Assembly (NCBI GenBank): GCA_008080745.1
Contig: SHMX01000012.1
Span: forward strand, 13,543 to 45,542
DNA length: 32,000 bases
DNA from: Candidatus Thorarchaeota archaeon
GTDB taxonomy: Archaea > Asgardarchaeota > Thorarchaeia > Thorarchaeales > Thorarchaeaceae
Direction of reading: 5' to 3'
The notes under the pieces are model-generated. The model did no database searches, was not told the origin of the DNA, and saw only the letters and a program-made list of their open reading frames with translations. Position 1 is the first letter of the stretch; the number at the start of each line of letters is the position of its first letter. Shown one piece after another: positions 15,999 through 23,389 of this stretch. The translations under genes and the position numbers were made by a program.

Positions 15999-17183
15999 CT
16001 ATTCGCACGTCTCAGCGAAATGGATAAGCGCAGCTTTTACGCTCTCATAGGTCTTAATGGATAACCATTCATCAATCCCATGAAAATTGCTATCTTCTTC
16101 AATAGTGCCATAACAAGCAGTAGGTATACCTACAGCTGTGAAGTAATGTCCGTCATTCCCACCCAAATCTGCTGCGATTGGGATGTTCGGGTCGACAGCT
16201 TTCTTCACCGCGGAATGAAAAGCTATGACAAACTCGTTTTCTGCGTCAGAGCCCCACCCACTTACCGCCTGTTTGAAAGTCAAAGAGGCTTCAACACATG
16301 TTTCTTCTTTAGCTTTCTCTACATATTCTTCAATAGATTTTACAACTTCTTTTGGATCCTCTTCAGGAATTGCTCGACAATCAAAGGAAAAAGCTGCCTT
16401 TCCCGGTATTACATTTGTTTTGCTTCCAGCCTGATAGACGGTCATTGAAAAGCGGCCCCAAAGATTCTGGTGAGGGCTTCCTGGGGGTGCAGGTAGTTGA
16501 GACTGAACCTTTGCTCGAACATCAATAAATCCTAACATGTAGTTGAGAAGAGGGATGGACAGATGTATAGCATTATTGAAAGCAAATGGATATCCAGCAT
16601 GTCCTTGAGTGCCATGAACTGTGATTGTCCCGGCGATAACTCCGCTTGCACCAATACTAACATAGGTGGGTCCCGAATCAACAACAATTCCAAAGTCACC
16701 CCGAATCTGTGGAGGACCATTTATCAAATAGTCGATGCCATATTCTCCTCCAATCTCCTCATTAGGTGATATGAGAATCTTGAGGTTCACTTTCGATGAA
16801 TTGGATTTTGCAAGTTCTTTAGCGGCTGCAACAGCTGCAACCACATTTCCTTTGTTATCAGTAACACCACGGCCATAGATTTTATCACCTTCGATGGTCA
16901 GTTTAAATGGGGGATGAGTCCATGCATCTGTGTCACCTGCGGGTACAACATCATAATGAGTGCAGAGTAGAATTGTCTTATCAGCACCAACATCTAAGGA
17001 AGCAACAATATTAGGTTGAGGAATGCCATCCTGTTTTGAATCAAAGACCTCAACTTGTAGACCAGCCTCCTCACAATATCGTTTAATTACACCAGCACAT
17101 TCAGCATAGTTCTTCTTTTCTTCGCTGTTTGTATCTAGTTCAACAATCGCTCGAAGAAAAGTTTCTTCCCAATCATCCATCAT
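15999..17183 (-). CDS. M20-family metallopeptidase/amidohydrolase (ArgE/DapE-like)
   Basis: Metal and catalytic motifs HYDVVP, YGRGVTDNKG, NEEIGG, GTQGHA, KTNVIP, GGNDG and FHGIDE. Confidence 0.92.
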   Translation of the reverse strand: MMDDWEETFLRAIVELDTNSEEKKNYAECAGVIKRYCEEAGLQVEVFDSKQDGIPQPNIVASLDVGADKTILLCTHYDVVPAGDTDAWTHPPFKLTIEGDKIYGRGVTDNKGNVVAAVAAAKELAKSNSSKVNLKILISPNEEIGGEYGIDYLINGPPQIRGDFGIVVDSGPTYVSIGASGVIAGTITVHGTQGHAGYPFAFNNAIHLSIPLLNYMLGFIDVRAKVQSQLPAPPGSPHQNLWGRFSMTVYQAGSKTNVIPGKAAFSFDCRAIPEEDPKEVVKSIEEYVEKAKEETCVEASLTFKQAVSGWGSDAENEFVIAFHSAVKKAVDPNIPIAADLGGNDGHYFTAVGIPTACYGTIEEDSNFHGIDEWLSIKTYESVKAALIHFAETCE

Positions 17184-17409
17184 AATCGTACTCCAAAGAA
17201 ATCAAGTCAAAATATGTCGTATCAAACAGATTAGTCTTGTGTTAATACATCATGATTGAAATAAATCAATGCTGGCGTGTCTGAAAGTAATTTATCTTGA
17301 GTTTGATAACGAGTACTTGAAGTTATGGAAGTTCTGGCATATAGTATCACAATTGAATAGGAAATATATCAACACAGCACTTAAGCGCAATGCCGTATAT
17401 TTTCTAAGC

Positions 17410-18012
17410 ATGTCAGAACCAACTGTATACCACATTCAAAAAGGTAATCTTGTCTTGATGCCAGACCCCGGAGCTTTTGGTAAAGGGGACTGCTATCTTG
17501 TCGATGCAGGTCCAAAAATCTACATCTGGATTGGGCCGAATAGCTCTGTTGATGAGAAGTTTCTTGCAGCTGCAGAAGCGGTTTTCAAAGACACAGCCAG
17601 GAAGGGTCATGCAGATATAGATCACATCGATGGAGGCAACGAACCAGAAGAATTCAAGGCACTCTTTGATGATTTTCATCTTACTGATGAGGATACCGCA
17701 GGTATTCTAAAGAAAGTGCAGATGGAAAAACACGAATACAAGCTCTGGAGAGTACATCGCGATGCAGATAACGATGAAACCTTCTTTGCAGAGGTTCCAT
17801 TAGAACGTTCTTCCTTGAGAAGCGATGATGTCTATATCTTAGATGCGTGGGAAGACATCTATGTTTGGAGAGGAAAAGATGCTACTGCCAGAGAGAAATT
17901 TGACGCAACTATTCTTGCACGACGATACGATGCAGAACGTGTGGGAACACAGGATATCGATCTAATTGAAGAAGGAGACGAACCGGAAGAGTTCCTTGAA
18001 AAAATAGTGTAA
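17410..18012 (+). CDS. Two-domain gelsolin (Asgard 2DGel-type actin regulator)
   Basis: Two gelsolin repeats: FGKGDCYLVDAGPKIYIWIGPNSSVDEK...GGNEPEEF and LRSDDVYILDAWEDIYVWRGKDATAREK...EGDEPEEF. The start is ATG 17410. TTAAG at 17381-17385 fits a leaderless promoter, and the upstream 47 codons of the listed ORF look non-coding. Confidence 0.93.
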   Translation: MSEPTVYHIQKGNLVLMPDPGAFGKGDCYLVDAGPKIYIWIGPNSSVDEKFLAAAEAVFKDTARKGHADIDHIDGGNEPEEFKALFDDFHLTDEDTAGILKKVQMEKHEYKLWRVHRDADNDETFFAEVPLERSSLRSDDVYILDAWEDIYVWRGKDATAREKFDATILARRYDAERVGTQDIDLIEEGDEPEEFLEKIV

Positions 18013-18040
18013 TTACAACCAAACGGGGTTGCGGGTGGTT

Positions 18041-19474
18041 CTATACCAAACGATAATGCCCCGTTCTTGGTTCATATACTACACTTGCTAGCTTCATTTC
18101 TTCAAGAGTCTTTGCAGTTATGTGAGTTGGTACATCTGCCTCTTGGGCAATTTCTTGTAACGTCGGCCCCAATGACCTTGTAGTACCATCATCAAGTTTC
18201 CGTAGTGCACGCAAGACTCTGGTATTGAATTTATGATACTTGGAGTCCGCCCCCCATTCCTCCTCCACTTCTGCTTTTAGTTCTGTTAGCTCTAAAAATT
18301 CTTTAAGAGCAGGCTCGAGAACTCGATCCCATGCTTTTTTGATATCACCTGCATTCACCTTACTCTTCCACTTGGACCGAGCAGAAGAACGCGCAAGTTT
18401 GATAGTACTCAATGGTCTTCCTAGAGCATCTGCATCAAGAATATGTCCACGCCCTAAGGACTTGTCTGATAGGCCAAAACTATCCTTTAGCGAATCGATT
18501 TTTCCCAGCACGTGTTTTGTTGCAGCATCAATACTTCTTGAACCAATTGCTGGGGTCTGTAATTGAAATGTTATAGCGGATTTGAGAATGGGAAGCTGAA
18601 GATGAGAAGGATCGTGTGTTTCAACCCAGAAATCCTCTGTTGCCAAAGCAATTGGAACATCGGGAAGTACAGCAGTCTTTGCACCCGTCAAGGTGCTCAC
18701 AGAGACCTCCCGAAAACCTGCTGGATCTACACGATCCAAACATAATTTTCTAAGTTTGGATTTCCCAATTCGTCCAACATCAAGGCGCCAAGAACGTGGA
18801 GCATATACCTTGATTCCACTTACATTTCTATTACGACTGCCTGAGCTACGAAAAGAGGGGGGGAGTACCCGTTTCATGAATCGTAGCAGTCTATTCACTT
18901 GTTGTTTGCTAGCTATTGCTTGAATACCAGCAGTGAGTCCTCCAATAGATTCTTGGAAGGGAGGGCTAGACACATACAATTGTGCAAACACACGTTTACT
19001 TGCTTCAGCCATGCCGACATGCTCGAAGAGAAGCTCGGATATCTCCTTCAACGACAGAGGAGGTCTGATATCATCTAAAAACTCCATCTGCTCAATAGAA
19101 ACAGAGTCAGCAGTGAATGCACGCACAGTTTCCTGTTTTCGCGCTAAAACTCTGGGAACCGCAATACTCCGGCCCTCAACCTCAACAAAAGATCCCTCTG
19201 GTGGAAGAGATTGGTCATCCTTAAACTGAATGAAAGCGCCTTCTAATATCCAAGGGCTGGGTGTAAGCAATATTAGAGATGAATCGCGAGTATAGTGTAC
19301 AAAGCCACGATGACGAAATCTCCTTCCACTCATCCTATGATGAAAGTCTCTTTGCAATTGCATCTCCCAAGCAGTCAGTTCAGCACCAAACTGCCGATCA
19401 AAGACATCACTTGATGCAAAAGCATCACCAAGCCGGTCTCTTGATAATCCATGACGTTCATAGATGTCATCCAT
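18041..19474 (-). CDS. MCM-derived protein lacking ATPase motifs (OB fold, degenerate AAA+, C-terminal winged helix); MCM-BP-like candidate
   Basis: PEGSFVEVEG (OB-type), LLRFMKRVLPPSF (post-Walker-A helix), GRPLSTIKLARSSAR...KVNAGDIKKAW (sensor-2/lid-like) and LEEMKLASVVYEPRTGHYRLV (MCM-type C-terminal WH). No GxxGxxKS, DExD, SRFD or Zn-finger Cys pairs. Start is ATG 19474 after a GGTGG site overlapping the MTase stop. Confidence 0.7.
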   Translation of the reverse strand: MDDIYERHGLSRDRLGDAFASSDVFDRQFGAELTAWEMQLQRDFHHRMSGRRFRHRGFVHYTRDSSLILLTPSPWILEGAFIQFKDDQSLPPEGSFVEVEGRSIAVPRVLARKQETVRAFTADSVSIEQMEFLDDIRPPLSLKEISELLFEHVGMAEASKRVFAQLYVSSPPFQESIGGLTAGIQAIASKQQVNRLLRFMKRVLPPSFRSSGSRNRNVSGIKVYAPRSWRLDVGRIGKSKLRKLCLDRVDPAGFREVSVSTLTGAKTAVLPDVPIALATEDFWVETHDPSHLQLPILKSAITFQLQTPAIGSRSIDAATKHVLGKIDSLKDSFGLSDKSLGRGHILDADALGRPLSTIKLARSSARSKWKSKVNAGDIKKAWDRVLEPALKEFLELTELKAEVEEEWGADSKYHKFNTRVLRALRKLDDGTTRSLGPTLQEIAQEADVPTHITAKTLEEMKLASVVYEPRTGHYRLV

Positions 19475-19488
19475 TAAGGCCAACCACC

Positions 19489-20463
19489 TTAGCTTTCTTC
19501 ATCATGCTTTTGCTCCCGTTTCAAGTATTCATTGTACGCACGAGGATATAACTCTGCCAACTCCTCAATGGTGGGAAGTCTTTCCGTATAGGGAATATAG
19601 TCCGAACCGAGCTGAGATGCCCTCAGACCCTGATCTATTATAGGCTGTAACAACGCGTTCTGCTCAAAACCAAGAAAATGACGGAAACTTCTTTTTGCAG
19701 CTATAGCCGTCGTTCCATTCCCCATAAATGGATCTAGCACTATTGAACCAGGGCGTGAAGCGAAATCAATGCACCTCATGACTATTTCAAGAGGTAATTT
19801 GGTACTGTTCTTTGCACGACCTGGATGATAGCGTCTATTGATTAGCCACACATCCTCCGTATAGTGTTCAATCCGGTTGAAATAATACTCCTTGGGGTCT
19901 TTGACTAAAAACAGAAGGTGGTAATGACTGGTCACAAACTTCCGTTTGGTAAACACACCAAAAGGATAGTTCCAGATAATGTGGTTTATAGTTTCAAGAC
20001 CAGCTTCACGTGCACCTCTAAGAACGGCTTCGAGATTAGTCCACCCACTGAAGATGAATACCGACCCATGATCACAGAGGATACGGGGTAGTTCTGCAAT
20101 CCAGGAGGTCGTGAATTCGGAATAAGTCACCTCGGGTTCTTCATAACCATCAACGACAAGCGATTCGTCACGATTATACATTCCACTCTTGCCATCAAAA
20201 TCAATTCCAAAAGGTGGGTCAGCAATGATGAGGTCAATGGTGTTTTCTTGGATATTTCTCATTCCCTTAATGCAATCCGTAAAATAAACAGTGTCTACAG
20301 CACAACCAACTGTTGAGAGGTCTCGAGAATCATAAAGATCCTGAGCCTCTGCAACAGTCCAGTCCTCATCAGGTTGAAAATAAAATTCTGCTAGATGAGG
20401 AATATACTTACGAGTTCTTTTGGGTTCATCTTCGCATCCTGAAGATTCTGAACTCGAGGTCAT
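19489..20463 (-). CDS. Orphan beta-class N4-cytosine/N6-adenine DNA methyltransferase
   Basis: Catalytic motif IV DLIIADPPF precedes SAM-binding motif I IVLDPFMGNGTT; also TKLPLEIVMRCI and FLGFE. No restriction endonuclease gene is adjacent. Confidence 0.93.
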   Translation of the reverse strand: MTSSSESSGCEDEPKRTRKYIPHLAEFYFQPDEDWTVAEAQDLYDSRDLSTVGCAVDTVYFTDCIKGMRNIQENTIDLIIADPPFGIDFDGKSGMYNRDESLVVDGYEEPEVTYSEFTTSWIAELPRILCDHGSVFIFSGWTNLEAVLRGAREAGLETINHIIWNYPFGVFTKRKFVTSHYHLLFLVKDPKEYYFNRIEHYTEDVWLINRRYHPGRAKNSTKLPLEIVMRCIDFASRPGSIVLDPFMGNGTTAIAAKRSFRHFLGFEQNALLQPIIDQGLRASQLGSDYIPYTERLPTIEELAELYPRAYNEYLKREQKHDEES

Positions 20464-20520
20464 GGTAGGTTCTTGAACTAATATGGAAACTAAGCTCTTA
20501 AACCATATGGGAAAATGATC

Positions 20521-20664
20521 TTAGAAATCCTCTCCTATTTTTTTGAGTGTGTTTTCTGTGACTTCTTTGCAGCCTTCTACAAAGGCACAGTTAAGACATT
20601 GAATGTCCTTTTCACTAAAAGATCCAAAACAGTTCGGGAGTTTTTCTGCAGTTGCATCGAGCAA
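20521..20664 (-). CDS. Unannotated 47-aa four-cysteine mini-protein (Zn or Fe-S binding)
   Basis: TTG start 6 nt after a GAGGG(A) site. Translation: MLDATAEKLPNCFGSFSEKDIQCLNCAFVEGCKEVTENTLKKIGEDF*, with C-X10-C-X2-C-X5-C. It occupies an otherwise empty intergenic gap on the same strand as its neighbours. Confidence 0.7.
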   Translation of the reverse strand: MLDATAEKLPNCFGSFSEKDIQCLNCAFVEGCKEVTENTLKKIGEDF

Positions 20665-20729
20665 AGCTATCCCTCATGAAATATTATGTAACCATCAATA
20701 AAAAAGACTACGGATGAGTAACAATCGTA

Positions 20730-21806
20730 CTAGAGAAGTTCTGATGGATCCACTCCACGAGATTCTGCCTTTTGTGTCATCCAGTCAATCATATTCTCAG
20801 GGGGTCGAGTTCGTTCGCCACGTTCTACAAGACTCAATGCTCCTTCAGGACAAGTGATTCCACACACACCACAACCAATACACCGTTCGTGGTCAATCTC
20901 AGCAGCTTCATTAACGGTTATCGCATCTAGCTGACATCGATCAATACATATCCCGCAGGCGGAGCACAAATCACTATCAACACAAGCAACAAAATCAGAC
21001 TTGACTAATACATGAGGCTGGTTGAACTCAGAGATTCCCCGAAGGATTCCACAACAACATGTGCAACAATTACAAATGTAGTAGTGTTTCTCAACAATAT
21101 TCATAGCACAATGAACCAATCCTGACTCCTCTGCATTATGAAGAATTTCCAGAGCCTCTGCTTTAGTGATTACTCGATCCAATTCGCTATTATCAAACTC
21201 GTTTTCAGATTTTGGCGACATGACCAGACAGACTGTACTTGGGTAATCGCATGTTTTTCCTAAGGATTCCTGCTGTTTTTTACAAATGCATTCTCGTACT
21301 CCCCAAGACTTCGCACGCTTCACCATCTCTTCAGCAGTCTCATATGGATAAATCTCCAAATTGGTTTGAATTGTCTTATTGACTGGTATGACTCTGAAAA
21401 TCGGAGGTTCTGTTGTGAAAATACCAAAACCACGGTTCTCACGATAATATTCCTCAAAGACAGTTGCAAGTTCTTCGTCCATCCGTCCTAATTGCTCCTC
21501 ATATATACCCACAACAAAAGGAATCAAAGCATAGCGTCTACCAGAGCTAGATTGCCATGCACGAATCTGACCTTTTGATGACATGGTTTCTAGTAGAGGC
21601 TCTAGGTAATCAGACGACTTATCAAGACGAGATGCCATTTCTTCCAGAGTTTCACCGCGAAGTTTCATCCTGCTAGCTAGAGCAGCCTCTTCTGGCTCGA
21701 AAATGTGTTTCAAAAGACGAATATGAGAACCACTTGGAGTGGGAGAAAACCCCTGTGGAATAGTATTCAACACCTCAGCCAATTTTTCATAAGCATCCTC
21801 TGGCAT
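20730..21806 (-). CDS. wHTH-containing multi-cluster Fe-S protein with a C-terminal 2x[4Fe-4S] ferredoxin domain
   Basis: N-terminal wHTH-like ETLEEMASRLDKSSDYLEPLLETMSSKGQI; Cys-rich core CICKK...C...VCL, GLVHC, ICNCCTCCCG; ferredoxin motifs CSACGICIDRC and CIGCGVCGITCP. Start placed at ATG 21806. Confidence 0.85.
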   Translation of the reverse strand: MPEDAYEKLAEVLNTIPQGFSPTPSGSHIRLLKHIFEPEEAALASRMKLRGETLEEMASRLDKSSDYLEPLLETMSSKGQIRAWQSSSGRRYALIPFVVGIYEEQLGRMDEELATVFEEYYRENRGFGIFTTEPPIFRVIPVNKTIQTNLEIYPYETAEEMVKRAKSWGVRECICKKQQESLGKTCDYPSTVCLVMSPKSENEFDNSELDRVITKAEALEILHNAEESGLVHCAMNIVEKHYYICNCCTCCCGILRGISEFNQPHVLVKSDFVACVDSDLCSACGICIDRCQLDAITVNEAAEIDHERCIGCGVCGITCPEGALSLVERGERTRPPENMIDWMTQKAESRGVDPSELL

Positions 21807-21820
21807 GATAACCACCAAAT

Positions 21821-23158
21821 TCATTCCTGTGAACATTCAAGTGTTATTGACACATGTCTAAGTTCTTCATTGACAGTAGAAACTGTTTCCTCACAAGATT
21901 GTCCTTTGCCTAGGAGGACATGTGCAAGACACATCTGGAAAGGAGGTAGGAATGGAACATTACTAGTTTCCAAAATTTCGTTATAGGTACTTCGAATTTT
22001 TGAGTCTTTGAGATAAGTTTCCATCTGATGAAGCGTGGTCTTGTTCTCCAATAGCATATTCATGATTTTCTCTAAGAAAACATCACGAGGAACTTTGACC
22101 GATGAACCAAACAAATTGCTCACATTTGCTTCAAACCAACTACGGACCTTGTCTAGACTGCAATAAGGAAGAATTGTTGGTGACTGACTTTCATCAGAGG
22201 GTATAACGCGAATGTATCCTCGCTTATCAGCCGAGAGAAGAAAGTCAGCTAGCTTGGGATAGCCAATTGTTTCAACATCTAGTCCCTGTTCCTTCAGTTC
22301 CTTGTTGATTACCGCTAAAGTGGTAGGTTCATTTTGTTGAACTTTATCCTCTACTACGGACACAAGGAGAGAGAATGCATCCTGTACATCTTCAGAGAGT
22401 TTCGTAGTATCTTCAGGAACTTCATCAGAGATAGTTATGATGGTAGATGGAAGCTCTCCTTCTTGTTTAATATAACCCATAGATTCTGCCCAATCTAAGA
22501 ACGAAGACCAAGTAGGAAATCCAAGTTGTCTTTCATTGAAAGTTGGATTGAGTGATCGCATGACATGCTTCACATGACCAATACCAGGTTTATTCCCGGC
22601 ATCTAGAATAGCCTGAACCGCCTCACGTAGCCGCACAGCTGCGATACGACGAGATTCGTCGGAACTGGTAAACAGACGTTCACAGTCAGCAGGATCTGAA
22701 CAATCCAAGTCCGTAGGACGAAATGAATGGATATCGGAATAACGATTTGCCAATTCAGACATCTCAGAGGAGGTTATAATGGGATTGCTGATAATCCAGA
22801 GCTGGTTGCCCTGTTCTCGTAAAGCACCAGCTAGTAGTTTGAAATCTCCATCTCCTGTGACCATAACATAGCAATTGACTTCGGGATATCGACCAAGATG
22901 CTCAAGTATGTAGGATGCCATCTTATAGTCCGCTGCGTTATCTTTCGAATCAGGTACATGGATGAGATCATATCCCAAGTCATAGAGCTCTTCTGCCATT
23001 CTCCGTCGTGTATCCCAATCCGCAAATGCATATGCTTTGATAACCTTTCCAGCATCATGGATAGTTTTTGTCATCGCTTCATGTGTGGAGTAGATATCAT
23101 GCACATTCTCTAGATCCCAGAATATTGAGATATGAGGGGCATTCTCTTCCGATGTCAT
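21821..23158 (-). CDS. NYN (PIN-like) ribonuclease with two OST-HTH/LOTUS domains
   Basis: NYN acidic motifs IFWDLEN, NAAD and VTGDGDF..L...LR..G. LOTUS-like segments GHVKHVMRSLNPTFNERQLGFPTWSSFL and LAVINKELKEQGLDVETIGYPKLADFL. TTTATA at about -30 on the minus strand. Confidence 0.85.
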   Translation of the reverse strand: MTSEENAPHISIFWDLENVHDIYSTHEAMTKTIHDAGKVIKAYAFADWDTRRRMAEELYDLGYDLIHVPDSKDNAADYKMASYILEHLGRYPEVNCYVMVTGDGDFKLLAGALREQGNQLWIISNPIITSSEMSELANRYSDIHSFRPTDLDCSDPADCERLFTSSDESRRIAAVRLREAVQAILDAGNKPGIGHVKHVMRSLNPTFNERQLGFPTWSSFLDWAESMGYIKQEGELPSTIITISDEVPEDTTKLSEDVQDAFSLLVSVVEDKVQQNEPTTLAVINKELKEQGLDVETIGYPKLADFLLSADKRGYIRVIPSDESQSPTILPYCSLDKVRSWFEANVSNLFGSSVKVPRDVFLEKIMNMLLENKTTLHQMETYLKDSKIRSTYNEILETSNVPFLPPFQMCLAHVLLGKGQSCEETVSTVNEELRHVSITLECSQE

Positions 23159-23389
23159 GGATGTCACCAATTAACTTGTTAGAAATGTTGTCAACCTATA
23201 AAAATTAGCAGCAATTACACAATAAACCGAATTAGAAGAGATATCTCCAAAATGCACCAAACGAAAGGCGGAGCGTTCATTTTACGCTATAGATCTCCTA
23301 AAGGAAAGGGGGTCGCGGGCGTGAGTGAATATATCTGATATAGAATATATAGCATCAGGGATTCTTGATGAAGTAAGATAGGTAAGGAA

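Noticed and set aside
17269-17409. 47-aa N-terminal extension on the gelsolin
   Set aside because: The region is AT-rich, contains the TATA-like element at the right distance for ATG 17410, and does not resemble a signal or domain.
18041-20463. Classical restriction-modification or BREX locus
   Set aside because: No PD-(D/E)xK, HNH or GIY-YIG nuclease, PglZ, BrxC or PglX-type MTase is recognisable. The partner protein has no intact ATPase or protease motifs.
23171-23389. GC-rich patch and small palindromes (gagatatctc 23238-23247; agcgt/acgct) in the spacer
   Set aside because: The stems are short enough to arise by chance, and I could not build a consistent RNA structure or ORF.
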